Shown here: one piece after another, positions 25,463-38,372 of the stretch
How positions within the stretch are numbered: position 1 is the stretch's first letter
Layout: each line of letters begins with the position of its first letter
Origin: Selaginella moellendorffii
Taxonomy: Eukaryota > Plantae > Lycopodiophyta
Reading direction: 5' to 3'
Assembly (NCBI RefSeq): GCF_000143415.4
Contig: NW_003314320.1
Coordinates: 124,001 to 188,000 of the forward strand
Length of the DNA: 64,000 bases
Program-made: the position numbers and the translations under genes
Notes under the pieces: generated by a model
Databases searched by the model: none
The model's input: only the letters and a program-made list of their open reading frames with translations
What the model was told of the DNA's origin: nothing

Positions 25463-27130
25463 CTATGGTTTGTGAAAGTGTGATTTTTCTTTGGCCGAGA
25501 GATTCATCGGCTCAAACGTGAAATTGAGTAGGATCATCGCAAGGATGATCTTCGTCTCGATCATGGCGAAGCTCTGTTCCACGCAAGTTCGCGGCCCCAC
25601 GGAGAACGGTAAGAACGGCCTTTGCTGTTGGGCGACGAACCTATTTGGATTGAAGCTCTTGGCATCTTCTCCCCAGAGCTTCTCGCTGTAGTTTGTGACA
25701 ATCAGAGGCAAGAGTAGCAGAGTTCCTTTTGGGGTGGCTAGTTCTTTGAGCTTGACCTGGTTGTGGTTGTTTGCGTAGCGATTTAGCAAAGGAACCGGGA
25801 TCACCATTGTCATCTGGAGCAAAAGAAAGAAAGAGTTTTACAAAAGAAAAGAGGAATGGAAAAGCTTACGGATTTGAGATTGCCCAGCATCTCCAAAGAG
25901 TTTGGAGCGGAGACTTCTCCACAAACTTCACGAACTTCGTGACGTAGTCGAGTCTGCCATTCGGGATTGAGTGCCAAAAGCAGCATCGTCCACGCTAGTA
26001 GAGCTGCCGACGTTTCTTGGCTAGTGAAAAAGAAAGTCTTGCACTCGTCGATCACGTCCTGCATCGTCACCTGGATTTCCAGCTTCTTACCGTTGTTAAA
26101 ATCCAAAACTCCTTCGTTTGCAGCCAGCATCAATCCCAAGAGATCCTTCCCGTATGATCCACTGACACTCGACTCCTTCAATCGGCCACCTGCGTCGATT
26201 GGTGGACGTTGGAAGAAATCTAATAAGTTTATCAGGAAAGCGAAGAAAACGAAAAGAAAAGAGACAAAAACCGCACCTAAAACCTGGGAGATGAACTTGA
26301 CCTTGCCACTCCAAGTGAATGTATTGCTGCTCGATTTTCTTCTGGAAAACTTCCTTCCCTGCAGTGTAGCTCGTCCCAAAAGCCGTCCGGCACAAAACAT
26401 CCCGTGTGATGTCTCGGAGCTTTAACGCAAGATCCACCGGTCCATCGGTGGTCTTCCACTGCTTGAGGTTCTCCTCGACACAAGCTACCATAGCATCGAT
26501 CATCAACTGAGGGAAAACAAGAAGGAAAACATTCAGAAGCTGAAGAAACTAAAAGTTTTGAAACCTTGAGCTTCTCGCTGTGGAAAGCCAAAGAGACCAT
26601 CTCTTATTCATAGTCAGCAACGCAATCCCATCTCCAAACAAATCCCTGGCGGCATGCTGGCCGGGTTCTCTGTCAAAGCTCCCACTTTTGTCGCAAAGCA
26701 CTTCTTTCATCAGCTCTGGATCGCTTATCATCAGCCTTGGCTGTGATCCCCGCCAAACGAAAAACGTTTCACCTGTTCAAAGATTCATCGAGCTTCAATC
26801 ATCACGAACGATTCCACGAAGACTGGGAAAAGATCGATCTCGTACCGCATGATCTGGACCACGCTGCATAGTAGGGAAGAACTTTCGCCACAACGCCAGC
26901 ATGATGGTCGTTGCTAATCTCGCCAGTGGAACTCTTGGCAACTTCTACTGCCATGAGCTCGCGCATTTGATCCAAGTTTCCGAGGAACAAGCGTGGGATC
27001 GGTCCCAAGACGCCTTGCTGCTTGAAAGCCTGGAGGAGGAGCCGAGGCCTCCACAGGAAGTCGTGAGCCCATTGCCAAACACATATCGTTGCCGCCAGAG
27101 AGATCCCTGCTGTGACAACATTCCAGATTC
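25463..27130 (-). pseudogene. Cytochrome P450 (CYP72 clan) pseudogene, tandem copy of 27865-29688
   Basis: Near-identical to the intact gene but lacks the ATG, has lost the K-helix EALRMYP (ExxR), has further deletions and frameshifts, heme motif GPRTCVEQ, and a truncated C-terminus. Confidence 0.9.
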
Positions 27131-27427
27131 GTAGAAACGAAAGAGGAGAGAATTAAAACTAAAAAGTCTGATGTTGGCTTGTTCAAAGCCTTCTAAAGAG
27201 AGAAATAGAATAAAAGAAACGTATCTGCGTGATGGGAAGTCGCAAGCAACGAGGATCTCGTACAAAAGAAAGGTAGTGCCGTGGACTTCAAAGACAGATG
27301 GGCCCCATTGAGCTGAATTTTCTATGATCCGGAAAACGACGCGCCAAAGAGTAGAGGGTCCTCATTCCCGCCAATAGCTTTCGAAATTTAGGGCTCTTGG
27401 AGGCGGGGGCGGGTTTTAGGAATTACC

Positions 27428-27660
27428 ATGGCTGCTAGAACATCTCCATTTATTGATCATGAATATGTCATGGAGGCCAAGAGCTCGGTGGAATGATTGT
27501 TAAGAAGTAATATGCTCAGATTATAGGCTAGTGTGAGCTAATATAAAGGATGTTATTTAATCTTGATTTGTTTTTCAAAGAGAAGAAAATAAACTATGCA
27601 GATCTTTACCAGATTTTCATTTGAAATAAAAAGTTAAAATAAATGTATGGCTCATCTATA
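27428..27660 (+). pseudogene. Ascorbate peroxidase 5' fragment (duplicate of 30122-30580)
   Basis: ATGGCTGCT...TTGATCATGAATATGTCATGGA...CAAGAGCTC.GTGGAATGATTGTT and CTATGCAGATCTTTACCAG match APX exons 1 and 3, with deletions. Confidence 0.85.
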
Positions 27661-27864
27661 ATTTTGCATACAGCAAAAGGTAAAGGATGGAAATGAATTT
27701 TATTTTTCCTTTTGCCCCCTTTTCTTATAATCTTCCTTTCTTCTAATCGATTATTGAAAAGATAACCTTGATTCGTTAAAAGGTAACACAAATTTATATT
27801 TCTTTAACGGTGTATATATACTGTTCGTCATAGTTTGGAAAATGTTATTGTTCTTTGAAGACTT

Positions 27865-29688
27865 TCACTGGTTTGCCAGGAGATTCATCGGCATGCCAAA
27901 CTTTGGCTGCAAAGTTAGCACCTGAAATGGCGAGTGGACGTAAGTTTCCGAGAGCTCAAACTTGAACTTGCGTAGGATCATCGCAAGGATGATCTTCGTC
28001 TCGATCATGGCGAAGCTCTGTCCCACGCAAGTTCGCGGCCCCACGGAGAACGGCAAGAACGGCCTTTGCTGTTGGGAGACGAACCTATCTGGATTGAAGC
28101 TCTTGGCATCTACCCCCCAGAACTTCTCGTTGTAGTTTATGACGATCAGAGGCACGAGTAGCAGAGTTCCTTTTGGGATGACGAGTTCTTTGAGCTTGAC
28201 CTTGTTGTGTGTGTAGCGATTTAGCAAAGGAACCGGGGGATACATTCTAAGAGCCTCGTTGATCACCATTGTCATCTGGAGCAAAAGAAAGAAAGAGTTT
28301 TACAAAATTACAAGATAATAGAGGAATGGCAAGTTTACGGATTTGAGATTGCCGAGCATCTCCAAAGTGTTTGGAGCGGAGACTTGTCCACAAACTTGAC
28401 AAACTTCTTGACGTAGCCGAGTCTGCCAGTCGGGATTGAGTGCCAAAAGCAGCATCGTCCACGCTAGTAGAGCTGCGGACGTTTCTTGTCCCGTGAAAAA
28501 GAAAGTTTTGCACTCGTCGATCACGTCCTGCATCGTCACCTGGATGTCCAGCTTCTTACCGTTGTTAAAATCCAAAACTCCATCTTTTGCAGCCAGCATC
28601 AATCCCAAGAGATCCTTCCCGTATGATCCACTGACACTCGACTCCTTCAATCGGTTTACGACGATTTTTCGAAGCTTGCTGTCGATTTGTTGCTTTAAAG
28701 TCCACCTGCGTCGATTGGCGGACGTTGGAAGAAATCTAAAGAAGCGCTTACGTTTATCAAGAAGGCGTATAGAACGAAAAGAAAAGAGACAAAAACCGCA
28801 CCTAAAACCAGGCAGATGAACTTGACCTTGCCACTCCAAGTGAATGTATTGCTGCTCGATTTGCATCTCGAAAACTTCCTTTCCTGCCGCGTAGCTCGTC
28901 CCAAAAGCCGTCCGGCACAAAACATCCTGTGTGATGTCTCGGAGCTTTGACGCAACATCCACCGGTCCCTCGGTGGTTTTCCACTGCTTGAGGTTCTCCT
29001 CGACGCAAGCTACCATAGCATCGATCATCAACTGCAAATGAAAACATTTAGAAGCTTGGTGGAGAAAGAAAAATGAAAACTTTCGAAATAGAGAGAGTTA
29101 ATCACCTTCAGCTTCTCGTTGTGGAAAGCCAAAGAGACCATCTTTCGCTTTTGGGACCATCTCTCGTTCATAGTCAGCAACGCAATCCCATCCCCAAACA
29201 AATCCCTGGCGGCATGCTGGCCGGGATCCCTGTCAAGACTCCCACTTTTGTCGCAAAGCACTTCTTTCATCAGCTCTGGATCGCTTATCATCAGCCTTGG
29301 CTGTGATCCCCACCACACCAAAAACGTTTCACCTGTGTACACATTCCGCGAGCTTCAATCATCCACAAAAACTGGGAAAAAAGATCGATCTCGTACCGTA
29401 TGATCTGGACCACGCTGCATAGTAAGGAAGGACTTTCGCCACAACGCCACCATGATTGTCGTCTCTAATTTCGCCAGTGGAACTCTTGACAACTTCGACT
29501 GCCATGAGCTCGCGTACTTGATCCAAGTTCCCGAGGAACAAGCGTGGAACCGGTCCCAGGACGCCTTGCTGCTTGAAAGCCTGGAGGAGCCGCCGAGGCC
29601 TCCAAAGGAAATCGCGAGCCAGTTGCCACACACATATCGTTGCTATCAGAGAGACCCCTGCTGTGACAACATTCCAGATGAGATCCAT
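27865..29688 (-). CDS. Cytochrome P450, CYP72 clan, 5 exons
   Basis: N-terminal anchor, FLWRPRRL...GPVPRLFLGN, I-helix TFFFTGQETSA, EALRMYPP, FNPDRF, heme motif PFSVGPRTCVGQ. Confidence 0.93.
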
Positions 29689-30121
29689 TCCTCCGCGAGA
29701 AGAAAAAAAAAATAAATTTTCTTCTACGCCTTCTACCGCGGGAATAGGAAGAAAAAAGAAACAGTACCAGTCCTTACATTTCTCTGCGTGATGGAAGTCG
29801 CAAGGAGCAGGGATCTCGTACATAAAAAAGGTAGTGCTGTGGACTTATATGGGCCCCTTGTGAGCTGAATTTTCTATGCCACGGAAAACGACGTGCCACC
29901 GTGTTGGATTAAATAGCAGGCAGCGGGCAGCGATTGAAGCACCGATCCATCTTACCAGCCAGCCATAAAGCGAAACTTTAGGATCTTCGATTTCCCGCCA
30001 ATAGAAATTTAGGGCTCTTTGGAAACTTGGTTTAAACACTTGGGATATCTTTGGGTGGTTTCCAAGGTAAGGAAGTGATCCTCTCTGGTATAAAACTTTG
30101 GGGGCGGGATTCCAAAACACC

Positions 30122-31463
30122 ATGGCTGCTGAAGTTCCCCTTGTTGATCATGAATATGTCATGGAAATCGAGAAGGCCAGGCAAGAGCTCCGTGGAATGA
30201 TTGTTGAGAAGCAATGTGCTCCGATCATGCTAAGGCTAGCGTAAGTGAATATATGGAGGTTGGTTTATTTGTATGATCTTGAAACATTTTTTTCTTTAAG
30301 GTGGCACGATGCAGGAACCTATGATCGGGAAACAAAAACAGGAGGTCCAAATGGATCAATTCGACTAGAGGGTGAATATAATCATATTGCAAATAGGGGC
30401 ATTAAGGCTGCTATTGATCTTTGTGGTGAGTAGAGTTTACTTTTGGCTGAATTCTGCAGTAATCATGATTTATTTTTTCTAGAGGAAATCAAAGAGAAGT
30501 GCCCCAAAATAAGCTATGCAGATCTTTACCAGGTTTGCATTTTGAAATAAAAAGACAAATAATGTATCTGGCTCACATATATGTTGTTTGGATAATTAGC
30601 TAGCAGGAGTTACAGCAGTGGAAGTCACTGGAGGACCAACAATCAGTTTTGTTTCAGGAAGGAAAGTATGGTAAAACATTAATCTTTGAACACCATGCAT
30701 TTTCTTTTTTTTCTTACAGGATTCTTCAGTAATACCCCCTGAAGGACGTTTACCAGATGCTTCTCAAGGTCATTGATAATTTCTATATACTTTTCTTACT
30801 GATATGATAATTTTCCTTTATGATCTCTAAATTTGCAATTTAGGTGCAAATCACTTGAGAGATGTTTTTGGTAGGATGGGCTTAAATGACAAAGATATAG
30901 TTGCATTATCTGGTGGTCATACACTGGTGAGACCTTTGGGATTTATAAAGTTTTTTTTAAAGACATTTTTGGCAGGGAAGAGCTCACAAGGACAGATCAG
31001 GATTTGATGGACCATGGACATCAAATCCTCTGATCTTTGACAATTCTTATTTCATGTATAAGTCTTTCTTCCTGTTCAAGTCTTTTTTTTTACCATTTTT
31101 TTTTCTTCTATTCCATGTGAACAGTGAGCTGATTGAAGGAGAAAAAACTGGACTTTTAAAGCTACCAACAGATACGTGTTTGATGGAAGACAAAGTATTT
31201 CGTCAATATGTTGAAACTTATGCCAAGGTAATCGATCACAAGGTTTGTGGAGATGATTATAATAATTTCGAGAGCAGGATAAAGACACATTTTTCCGTGA
31301 TTACGCGTGGTCTCATAAGAAATTATCTGAGCTCGGTTTCATCGATCACCCAGATGAAACCCAAGAGAACACATATGATAGCTCATTCACATCAATCACC
31401 ATATTAATTGGAGTGGTGATCACAGCAGCAGCAGTGGGTTTAGTTGCAATGATATGGTCATGA
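30122..31463 (+). CDS. APX: L-ascorbate peroxidase with C-terminal transmembrane anchor (APX3-like)
   Basis: APIMLRLA|[27 protein letters not shown]|[22 protein letters not shown], then hydrophobic [22 protein letters not shown]. Confidence 0.93.
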
Positions 31464-31555
31464 AATAAACTAGTATAATGTTTCGCATTAGTATAGATTT
31501 GTGTTTGTATGGATGGATGGTTTTCTGATCCTCGTTTTGATGATTCTTTCTATGG

Positions 31556-34500
31556 TCAACTAGATGGAACTCTCGAGTGATGATCCATCGTCTTAATTCT
31601 TCTTCGTATTTCGTGGCTTTCTTTCCACATTCCAGCCGCGGCATACGTGTTTGCCATGAGCGAGTAAGCTGCCGAATCCTCGCTGTCTAGCTCCACCACT
31701 GCCTCAAACGCGATCCTGGCCACTTCCACATCCTTCCACTTCCGAGCGGCCGCTAGCACAGTCATCCATATCACCCTGTCCGCTCTAATAGGCATCGCTT
31801 CCACCAAAGCCAGCGCTTCCCGGAGATGGTTCTTCCTCCCGAGAAGATCGACCATGCAAGTGTAGTGCCCAAGTCCGGGAGCCACTCCAAAGCTGCTAGA
31901 CGAGGAGCGCATCTTCTCAAATATCTCCTTCCCTTTGTCGACGAGCCCCGCGTGGTTGCATGCGTTGAGCACGCAGAGAAGCGTCACTCCATCTGGTTGC
32001 AGGGAACTAGAAGCTTGCATCCTCTCGAACTGGGAGAAAACTTTCCCGGTGTCGCCGTGGTAGCCATAGCCTGCGATGAGAGCGTTCCACGCCACCAAGT
32101 TCTTTCGAGACATGGCTTCGAAGACTTGCTCGCTCTCGGCCATGCTCCCACACTTCGCATAGAAATCCACCAGAGAACTCGCGACAAGCTCGTCACTCTC
32201 GAGTCCCGCCTTGCGACTTTCAGCATGGATTTCTCTCCCGGTTTCCAGTGCCGCGAGAGTGGTGCAAGCCTTCACCACCGCGGCGTAAGTTCTAGCATCC
32301 GGCAGTAGCGATCGTTGCTCTTTCATTCTGGAGAAAAGCTCGAGAGCGAAGCTTGCTTCGTCACGACTCTGAGCATAACCTGTTATCACCAAGTTCCAAG
32401 CTGCCAAGTCGGGTTGCTTCATCCTGTTGAAAACTTTGAGAGCGTCTCCCACACTCCCACACTTCACGTACATCTCGAGCAGACCATTTGCAACAAAGAG
32501 ATCGTCCTCGTGCCCGCCTTGCAGAACTTGAGCGTGGAGAGCAGCACCTTTGTCCAAGCACCAAGCTCTCAAAGAAGCATCAATCTTCTCCTTCTCGGCC
32601 ATTTTCTCTCCACTTCCACTCACAGCCTCGGAGCAAGCCTTGAGAGCAGCAACAAAAGTTCTAGCATCCGGTTCCAGTCTTTCTTCGCTTTGCATGCGCT
32701 CAAAGAGCTCCAATGCAAGCTCGCTCTTCCCACTCTTCGCGTATCCCAGAATCAATGCCGTCCACGAGATGAGATCTCGCTGCTTCATCCTGTCAAACAC
32801 CCTCTTCGCGTCGTCCATCCTTCCAAAGTTAGCGTACATATCCACTAGAGCGTTTGCCACCAAAGTTTGCGATTCATAGTCCCCAAGCCGAGAGTGTATC
32901 GCCGTTCCAGCGCTCACAAACTTTGCCTGCTCCTCCGGTTTAGCTCGAAAACCAGCACAGCAGGCCTTTATCCCTGCAACGTAAGCTCGAGCGTCGGGTT
33001 TCAAAGCATCTTCTTCTTGCATCCGAGCGAAACATTCCAACGCTAGATTTGTTTCTCCACTGTGAACATATCCCAGAATCAGAGCACTCCATGAGATCAC
33101 ATCCCTGTTCTTCATTCTTTCGAGGACCTGGCGAGCTTCTTCCGGCCTCCCACACTTTGCAAATATATCCACGAGCGAGCTGCCGATAAAAGCATCGCAA
33201 GAAAAATCATCCTTCTCGGCTTGCGATTGAATTTCTCGGGCCTTTTCTAGACACCTGTTCCTGTTTTGTAAATCCACTCCTTCGTCTCCTTCTCTTTGGT
33301 GGCTTCCACAAGAAAGCTCAGCGCAAGCCTTGAGTGCCGCAACGTAAGTTCGAGAATTTGCTTTCAAGCCTTGTTCTTGTTTTTCTTCTCGTTGTTTGAG
33401 CCTGTCAAAGAGCTCCAAAGCATGTCCCGGATCACTGCTCGAAGCATACTTCAGAATCATGATGTTCCACGAAACGATATCACGCTGTGGCATTCTATCG
33501 AAAACCTGTCGAGCTTCCGGCAAGCTCCCACACTCTCCATACATGTCGATCAGCGCGTTTGCAACGAAGATATCCGACTCGAATCCACCCGTTACTGCCT
33601 CCGAGTGGATCGCCCGACCTTTTTCCAAGCCAAGTTCCTTCTCGTTTTCTCTTGCAAGTTGAGTGCAAGCCTTCGCAGCAGCAATCATCGTTCTCGCGTT
33701 TGGTCTTAGCTTCTCGGCCTTCATTCGTTCGTAGAGCTCTAGCGCCAAGCCAGCTTCACCGTTTTGAGCGTATCCGGATATGAGCGTAGTCCATGAAACA
33801 ACGTCGCGATTCGGGATTTTCTCAAACACCTTGCGTGCGCTGGCCAAGCTTCCACACTTCACGTAAGTGTCCACCAGAGCGTTCAACACGGCAGTGTCCG
33901 ACTTGTGTGGAGACTTGAAGATAAGATCAGCTACGTGCTTGCATTCTTCCAAGCATTTTCTTCTCCCTGCAAGAGCAGCACAAGCCTTTAGCACCGATTG
34001 AAAAGTTTTCGAGTTTGGAACCAAACCGTCCTTTCGCATCTCGCCGAAGAGCTCCAGTGCAAGCTCGCCATCGCCACCCTGAGAAGCTCCCATGATCATG
34101 GAGTTCCACAAAACCACGTCCCGCTTCTCAACACTCCGAAAGGCCCTGTAAGAGTCCTCCAAGCTTCCACACTTGGAGTACATCTCCACCAGGCTACTCG
34201 CAACGAAAACGTCCGAGCCGAGGTCCTTCTGACCAACCCGAGAGTGTAGAAACATCCCTTTCTCCAAGGACACCGGCTTCACAAGTTTCCCGCTAAGTTC
34301 CATGGAGTTTTCTTTCGCAGCAGTATCGGCACAGGCTCTCAAAGCCGCCACGAAAGTCCGAGCGTTGGGAGTGAGGCCTTGTTCTTCTTGCAGGAACGCG
34401 AAGAGCTCCAAAGCGAGCTCTCCATTTCCAGTTTGCACGTATCCCGACATGAGAGAAGTCCAGGAGATCACATCACGTCGCGGCATTCGATCGAAGACTC

Positions 34501-34884
34501 TCTGTGCTTCCAGCATGCTCCCACACTTGGCGTACATGTCTACGAGCGAGTTTGCCACGAAAACCTCCAGCTCTTCATCACTGTTCTTTGACTGATCGGC
34601 GTGGATGATCCGGCCAGCTCGCAAGTTTCTGGTTTTGCTGCATGCCTTGAGTGCTGCGAGAACGATTGAAATGCTCGGCTTCTCGCCCTTGTCACGCATT
34701 TTCGTGTAGATCCTGAGGACTTGGTAGTCTTTGTCTTTGGCTTCATGGCTCCTTCACAATGCATCCAAGGTGAGAAAAGAGAAAGAGCAACAGAATGAGA
34801 TAGAAAGAGAGAAGAATACCTTGTTGATGGAAGGTCTTGCAATGGCGAAATTCTTCTTTGGTTTGGGAAGAACCTTACAGCCAT
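31556..34884 (-). CDS. PLS-class pentatricopeptide repeat protein with E domain, no DYW
   Basis: 1047-aa ORF of P-L-S triplets ending HYTCMVDLLGR...AYSLMANTYAAAGMWKE. An in-frame upstream exon 34820-34884 joins through a 68-bp GT-AG intron (34752-34819). Confidence 0.93.
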
Positions 34885-35045
34885 GTGGTTTGATCGAGAT
34901 CACCGGGGAATACCATAGCGATGGAGCAAAGAAATCCCATGGATTCAGAGAATGAAAATGCTGCCAAGCGATTGCTCTCTCGCCTTGTTCTAGTGCTCCA
35001 TCCAGCCCTAGAAATTTTTTGCTCGTTTTCTAGGGTTTTTGGTAA

Positions 35046-36560
35046 ATGGAATTGGAAGAGGTTGTAAGCGAGACGTACAAGACGCCCGAGGCGATGGCGC
35101 TGCTCAACGTGGCGGAAATTCGCGAGAAAATCCGGGCGCTGGGGCCGCGGCCCGATCCCCAGGAGGTGGAGGATGCGCGCCAGGCGCTCGCCGCGTCGAA
35201 TGCGTCGCTCGCGCAAGCTTTGGAGTCGATCGCCTTGGAAGATCTTGAGGCTAAGGTATTGTATTTCCTCCAGGGACAAGGGCAAAATTCTTTGTTTCGA
35301 TCGATCAGGCTGAGGAGGAGAAGGCCGCGCGGGACGCCGCGGAGCGAGAGAGATTGCCGTTGAGGGCGATTCTCCAGCTTGATGAGCTCCATCGCTTGTA
35401 CGGGAATTTGCTCAAGGATGCCGAGGCTCTTCTCGAGAAGAATTCTTCGGTTCCAGTGAAGGAAGAGGGGCAAGGGCAGAATCTTGCGGCAAGCCGGCTG
35501 CTAGACGAGGCCGCGGAGAAAAAATTGTCCGAGCTAAATCTTTGCAACCAGTCCCTCCAGTTGGTCCCGGAATCCATTGGGAGGATTTCTTCGCTGGTGG
35601 ATCTCAACTTATCCACGAACCAGGTCGAGGTAGAAGTTTCAGCTATTTTTTTGCCTTGGTTCTAGCTTAAGTTGTTTTGTTTTTTTCAGGTACTTCCAGA
35701 TGCTATTGCTGGCCTGGCGAATCTCGAAAGGCTCCAGGTGCAGTCCAACCGTCTTCGAATTCTTCCAGACTCTATTGGCTTGATGAAGAACCTCAAGTAC
35801 TTGAACTGCTCCAGGAACCAGCTAAAGCAGCTTCCAGAGAGCATTTCTGGATGCAGGTAAGCTTTTTTCTTGTGTTTTAGATCGAATGACTAAGTTGGCG
35901 AGTTTCCGTTCTGCCAGTGCGCTGATCGAGCTCAATGCCGACTTTAACAAGCTCGAGTATCTTCCATCGAGGTTTGGACGAGGCATGGACTCCTTGGAGC
36001 GACTCTCTCTCCAACTCAACTCTCTCACGTACCTTCCACCGACGCTGTGCGAGGCACAAACTCTCAAACACCTCGACCTTCACTTCAACAAGCTCAGATC
36101 ACTCCCAAGAGCCATCGGCAACTTAACCCGCCTGGAAACTCTCGACGCCAGCAGTAACTTCAGCGATCTCACCGCTCTTCCAGAATCCATGGCCGACTTG
36201 GTCTCGCTCACACACCTCGACCTCCGCTACAACCAGATCCGCGAGCTCCCGCTCTCCTTCGGCAGGCTGACCAACATCAAAACACTGGAGCTGGACGAGA
36301 ACCCACTCGTGGATCCGCCGCTGGAGATCGTCCAGCAGGGAACTCCAGCCACGATGAAGTACCTGGCCTATCGATTGGAAGCGAGCTTGCTCAAGGCCAT
36401 CGAGGAGGAGAAGTTGCGAAGCTCCCAGCAGCCAAGCTCTCCTTCGTGGATTCCAGCGGCGGCGCAAGGATGGGTCTCTGGAGTTTACTCCAACATCTCG
36501 AGCTATCTTACCAGTCCCAAAGCTAGCGGCAAAGAGGACTACCTGGAGCAGCAACTATGA
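35046..36560 (+). CDS. PIRL: Plant intracellular Ras-group-related LRR protein (PIRL)
   Basis: N-terminal LGPRPDPQEVEDAR, AILQLDELHRLY, LRRs, DASSNFSDL, NPLVDPPLEIV and C-terminal YLEQQL*. Confidence 0.9.
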
Positions 36561-36776
36561 TGTAGCTACACTTACATTGGCTTATATATTGACTTTCGTT
36601 TACTTTGACTTTTCAGTGACTGAGTTTTCATTGACTTCTATTTAAAGTTATGGCGGGAGATGAAGGATTAGGGTTTATGGCGTCTATCAAAAGGCAGAGG
36701 CCGCGCAGGGCGGCCGCGGAAGGCCCGTCTCAGGTGAGCGATTGAGTGTACTGTTCGCGAAATCTCATGTCACGCC

Positions 36777-38372
36777 ATGGCTAGCCAGGAATTTCGCTTG
36801 GATTGTGGAGAGGGCAGCACCCACAGCTTCTGGGGGCAGCAAGTCGAGCTTCCTGCTGGATCGCACAACGAAATGGGGAAGCAGCCATCCAATATCGTCG
36901 AGATTGCGCTTCCGCCCGATGTGAAGATCCCGCTGCACGAGATGACGCGCAGGTGCGAGCTGATCTTCAAGATGGTGGATGGCAGGCTTGTGATCCGCAG
37001 GCCGTGTATGTTTTCGTTTTCCCAGCTCGTCAGTGAGCTACTCGCGTATTCCAGGCGCAGCCGGTGCTGTTCGTGCGACTACTGCGTGTCAAGCTCCTTT
37101 ACTTGGTTCCGGTGTAGTGACGGACAGCTGCTAGGCCCTGAGATCGCCATCTCCGAGAAACGCAGCTTTGATACGAGCAGTGAGTCGGCCATGAGCTCCG
37201 GCAAGATGGCTCTTGAGGGTGTGGACATTCTCGTCCTCATCCAGTTCTACGAGTCGGAAGAGGATGCCGAGCGTGCAGTTGCCTGGCAAGCCGAGCTCAC
37301 GAAAGCTGCTACGTTCGGGTTTGTGGTACCGGGCTCGGTTGTTCTGGTGGCATACTTGGATCATGAACAGGGGGCAGTAAAGATGGACAGGCTTGAAGGT
37401 CCCAGGTTCTTAGACATGACGGCTTACTCTCCGCGGTTGAGTGGCATGAGGTTCTATCCTGCGCACTTCCTCGGTAGTCTCTGGGCGGACCCTTTGCATG
37501 ATCCAGCGCTGCTGGTAGCTCGAACGGATGAGCTACGAACTCGGCTGGTGGAAAGTATCAGTGAGGGGAGAACGCAAGTCGCGTATGAGATTGTGGTTCT
37601 GCTGGATAGTCTTGACTTTGTCGACCCTGTTCATGGCAACACTCCGCTGCTGGCTGCTTTGCAGTCCCAGGCTCCTGATCTCGACTTGGTCAAGTTTCTG
37701 GTGGACAATGGTGCCAACGCCACGGGCAGAGGTATTCTTCCCAAAGTTGTTCAAAGACATACATGGTAGTAATGTTTTTCTCTTTTTCCAGCGAGAAGTG
37801 GAGTGTGGGCTTACCTCTACGCGGTGGTGAATGGCATGGAAGCTGTAGTGGATGCCTTGGATGATAACGGCAATTCCCAGACCCATCTCAACAGTTTGGC
37901 ACCCAAGGAGCTGTGCGAAACAGAGAATCCGGAGCTGCTCGAGATGCTTTTACGTCTCGGCTTATCTCCGAACAAGGCGTATGAAGGTATACTACCCCTC
38001 AACAATGCGCTATCTGGAAGGAACTGTATGGAGAGGCTGCAGCTCCTGGTGAAAGCTGGAGCAGATCCGACACTGCAAGATGGCCAGGGGAATTGTGCCT
38101 TGGGCCTTGTTGTGGACGACCAGCCTCCGGAGATTGTCCGCCTAGTGGCTCGTGTGTGCCAAGAGCGGAGCGTGATCGACACCAAAGTGGATCCCGTGAA
38201 CACTGCTCTTGGTGTAGCGTGCCTGTTCGACGAGCCAGTGACTTGCAGTGTGCTGATGGAGTGTGGAGCTTCTCCCTTTGGTACATACTGCTATCCTCCA
38301 CATGATCTGCAGACTGGCCTCAAGATGCTGTTTGCTCTCACAGACACACCACTGCCAGATTGTCTTAAGTAA
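36777..38372 (+). CDS. Ankyrin-repeat protein with an unrecognised N-terminal region
   Basis: HGNTPLLAAL...LVKFLVDNGA, LQLLVKAGADPTLQDGQGNCAL, NTALGVAC; intron ~37732-37791. Confidence 0.75.

Noticed and set aside
31826-34595. Many antisense or alternate-frame ORFs over the PPR and other GC-rich exons
   Set aside because: Shadow ORFs of real coding sequence with no independent motifs.
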